From assembly GCA_038087875.1 (NCBI GenBank), contig CM075995.1, forward strand, positions 8,992,001-9,056,000: a stretch of 64,000 nt of DNA. Reading direction: 5' to 3'. A program made the translations under genes and the position numbers. This DNA comes from Malacoraja senta (taxonomy: Eukaryota). Below are positions 62,594-64,000 of the stretch, in pieces. The notes under the pieces were generated by a model. That model worked only from the letters and a program-made list of their open reading frames with translations. It was not told where the DNA came from and did no database searches. The first letter of the stretch is position 1, and each line of letters starts with the position of its first letter.

Positions 62594-63860
62594 ACATAGG
62601 AGATTAGTGGGCAAAATTAGGGCACATGGTATTGGGGGTAGAGTGCTGACATGGATAGAGAAGTGGTTGGCAGACAGGAAATAAAGCGTAGGGATTAACG
62701 GGACCCTTTCAGAATGGCAGGCAGTGACTAGTGGGGTACCGCAAGGCTCGGTGCTGGGACCGCAGATATTTACAATATACATCAATGATTTGGATGAAGG
62801 GATTCAAAGCAACATTAGCAAATTTGCAGAGGTCACAAAGCTGGGTGGCAGTGTGAACTGTGAGGAGGATGCTATGAGAATGCAGGGTGACTTGGACAGG
62901 TTGGGGGAGTGGGCAGATGACGTTTAATGTGGATAAATGTGAGGTTATCCACTTTGGTAGCAAAAACAGGAAGGCAGATTATTATCTAAATGGTGTCAAG
63001 TTGGGAAAAGGGGAAGCAAAATGGGATCTGGGAGTCCTTGTACATCAGTCTATGAAAGTAAGCATGCAGGTACAGCAGGCAGTGAAGAAAGCGAATGGCA
63101 TGTTAGCGGAGTCAGGGGATATGGGGAGAAGGCAGGAACGGGGTTCTGATTGGCGATGATCAGCCATGATCACATTGAATGGCGGTGCTGGCTCGAAGGG
63201 CCGAATGGCCTACTCCTACACCTATTGTCTATTGTCTATTCATAACAAGAGGAGTTGAGTATAGGAGCAAAGAGGTCTTTCTGCAGTTGTACAGGGCCCT
63301 AGTGAGACCACACCTGGAGTATTGTGTGCAGTTCTGGTCCCATAATTTGAGGAAGGACATTCTTGCTATTGAGGGAGTGCAGCATAGGTTCACAAGGTTA
63401 ATTCTCGGGATGGAAGGACTGTCATATGCTGAGAGAATGGAGCGGCTGGGCTTGTATACTCTGGACAGAAAGATGAGAGGGAATCTTATTGAAACATATA
63501 AGATTATTCAGGGTTTGAACACGCTAGAGGCAGGAAACATGTTCCCGATGTTGGGGGAGTCCAGAAACAGGGGCCACTATTTAAGAATAAGGGGTAAGCC
63601 ATTTAGAACGGAGACGAGGAAACACTTTTTCACACAGAGAGTTCTGGGGAATTCTCTGCCTCAGAGGGCGGTGGAAGCTAGTTCTCTGGATACTTTCAAG
63701 AGAGAGCTAGATAGGGCTCTTGAAGATAGCGGAGTCAGGGGATATGGGGAGAAGGCAGGAGTGGGGTACTGATTGGGGATGATCAGCCATGATCACATTG
63801 CATGGCGGTGCTGGCTTGAAGGGCTGAATGGCCTGCTCCTGCACCTATTGTCTATTGTGA
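62594..63860 (+). mobile_element. CR1-type LINE (RT to 3' end) with an internal CR1-tail insertion at about 63105-63240
   Basis: [23 protein letters not shown] and YRALVRPHLEYCVQFW motifs; CTATTGT tail. Confidence 0.9.
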
Positions 63861-64000
63861 TTAGCAAGGGTGTCAGGGGTTATGGGGAGAAGGTGGGAGA
63901 ATGAGGTTGAGAAGGAGATATAGATCAACAATGATTGAATGGCAGAGTAGACATAATGGGCCGAATGGCCTAATTCTGCTACAAGAACTAAGCAGCTTAT

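Overview
Repeat-dense vertebrate genomic DNA, most likely from a cartilaginous fish (skate/ray-like), judged from HE1-type SINEs, CR1/HER1-type LINEs, Rex1-like LINEs and Penelope-like elements. The only host gene is a minus-strand MAK-like ciliary kinase. Twelve coding exons were reconstructed with GT-AG boundaries and consistent phases (49840 down to the stop at 9744). Its likely promoter is a CpG island at about 56.86-57.42 kb with six RFX X-box-like motifs. The ATG-bearing first coding exon was not found and may lie in the 200-N gap, and the exon at 49788-49840 has two 1-bp deletions that are probably assembly errors. Other elements: a full-length decayed Tc1 transposon at the core of a three-level nest, a near-complete Gypsy LTR retrotransposon with an odd ~310-bp flanking duplication, hAT-like and Harbinger-like MITEs, and 66-bp minisatellites derived from the Penelope-like tail. 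The best novelty candidate is a 1.1-kb non-autonomous TIR transposon with an AT target duplication (ISL2EU-like) carrying a degenerate ZFP36/TTP-family gene fragment. The second is a set of mobile ~200-bp palindromic Penelope-derived inserts with hammerhead-ribozyme-like cores. Repeat boundaries are approximate and family names come from recognition, not database search.
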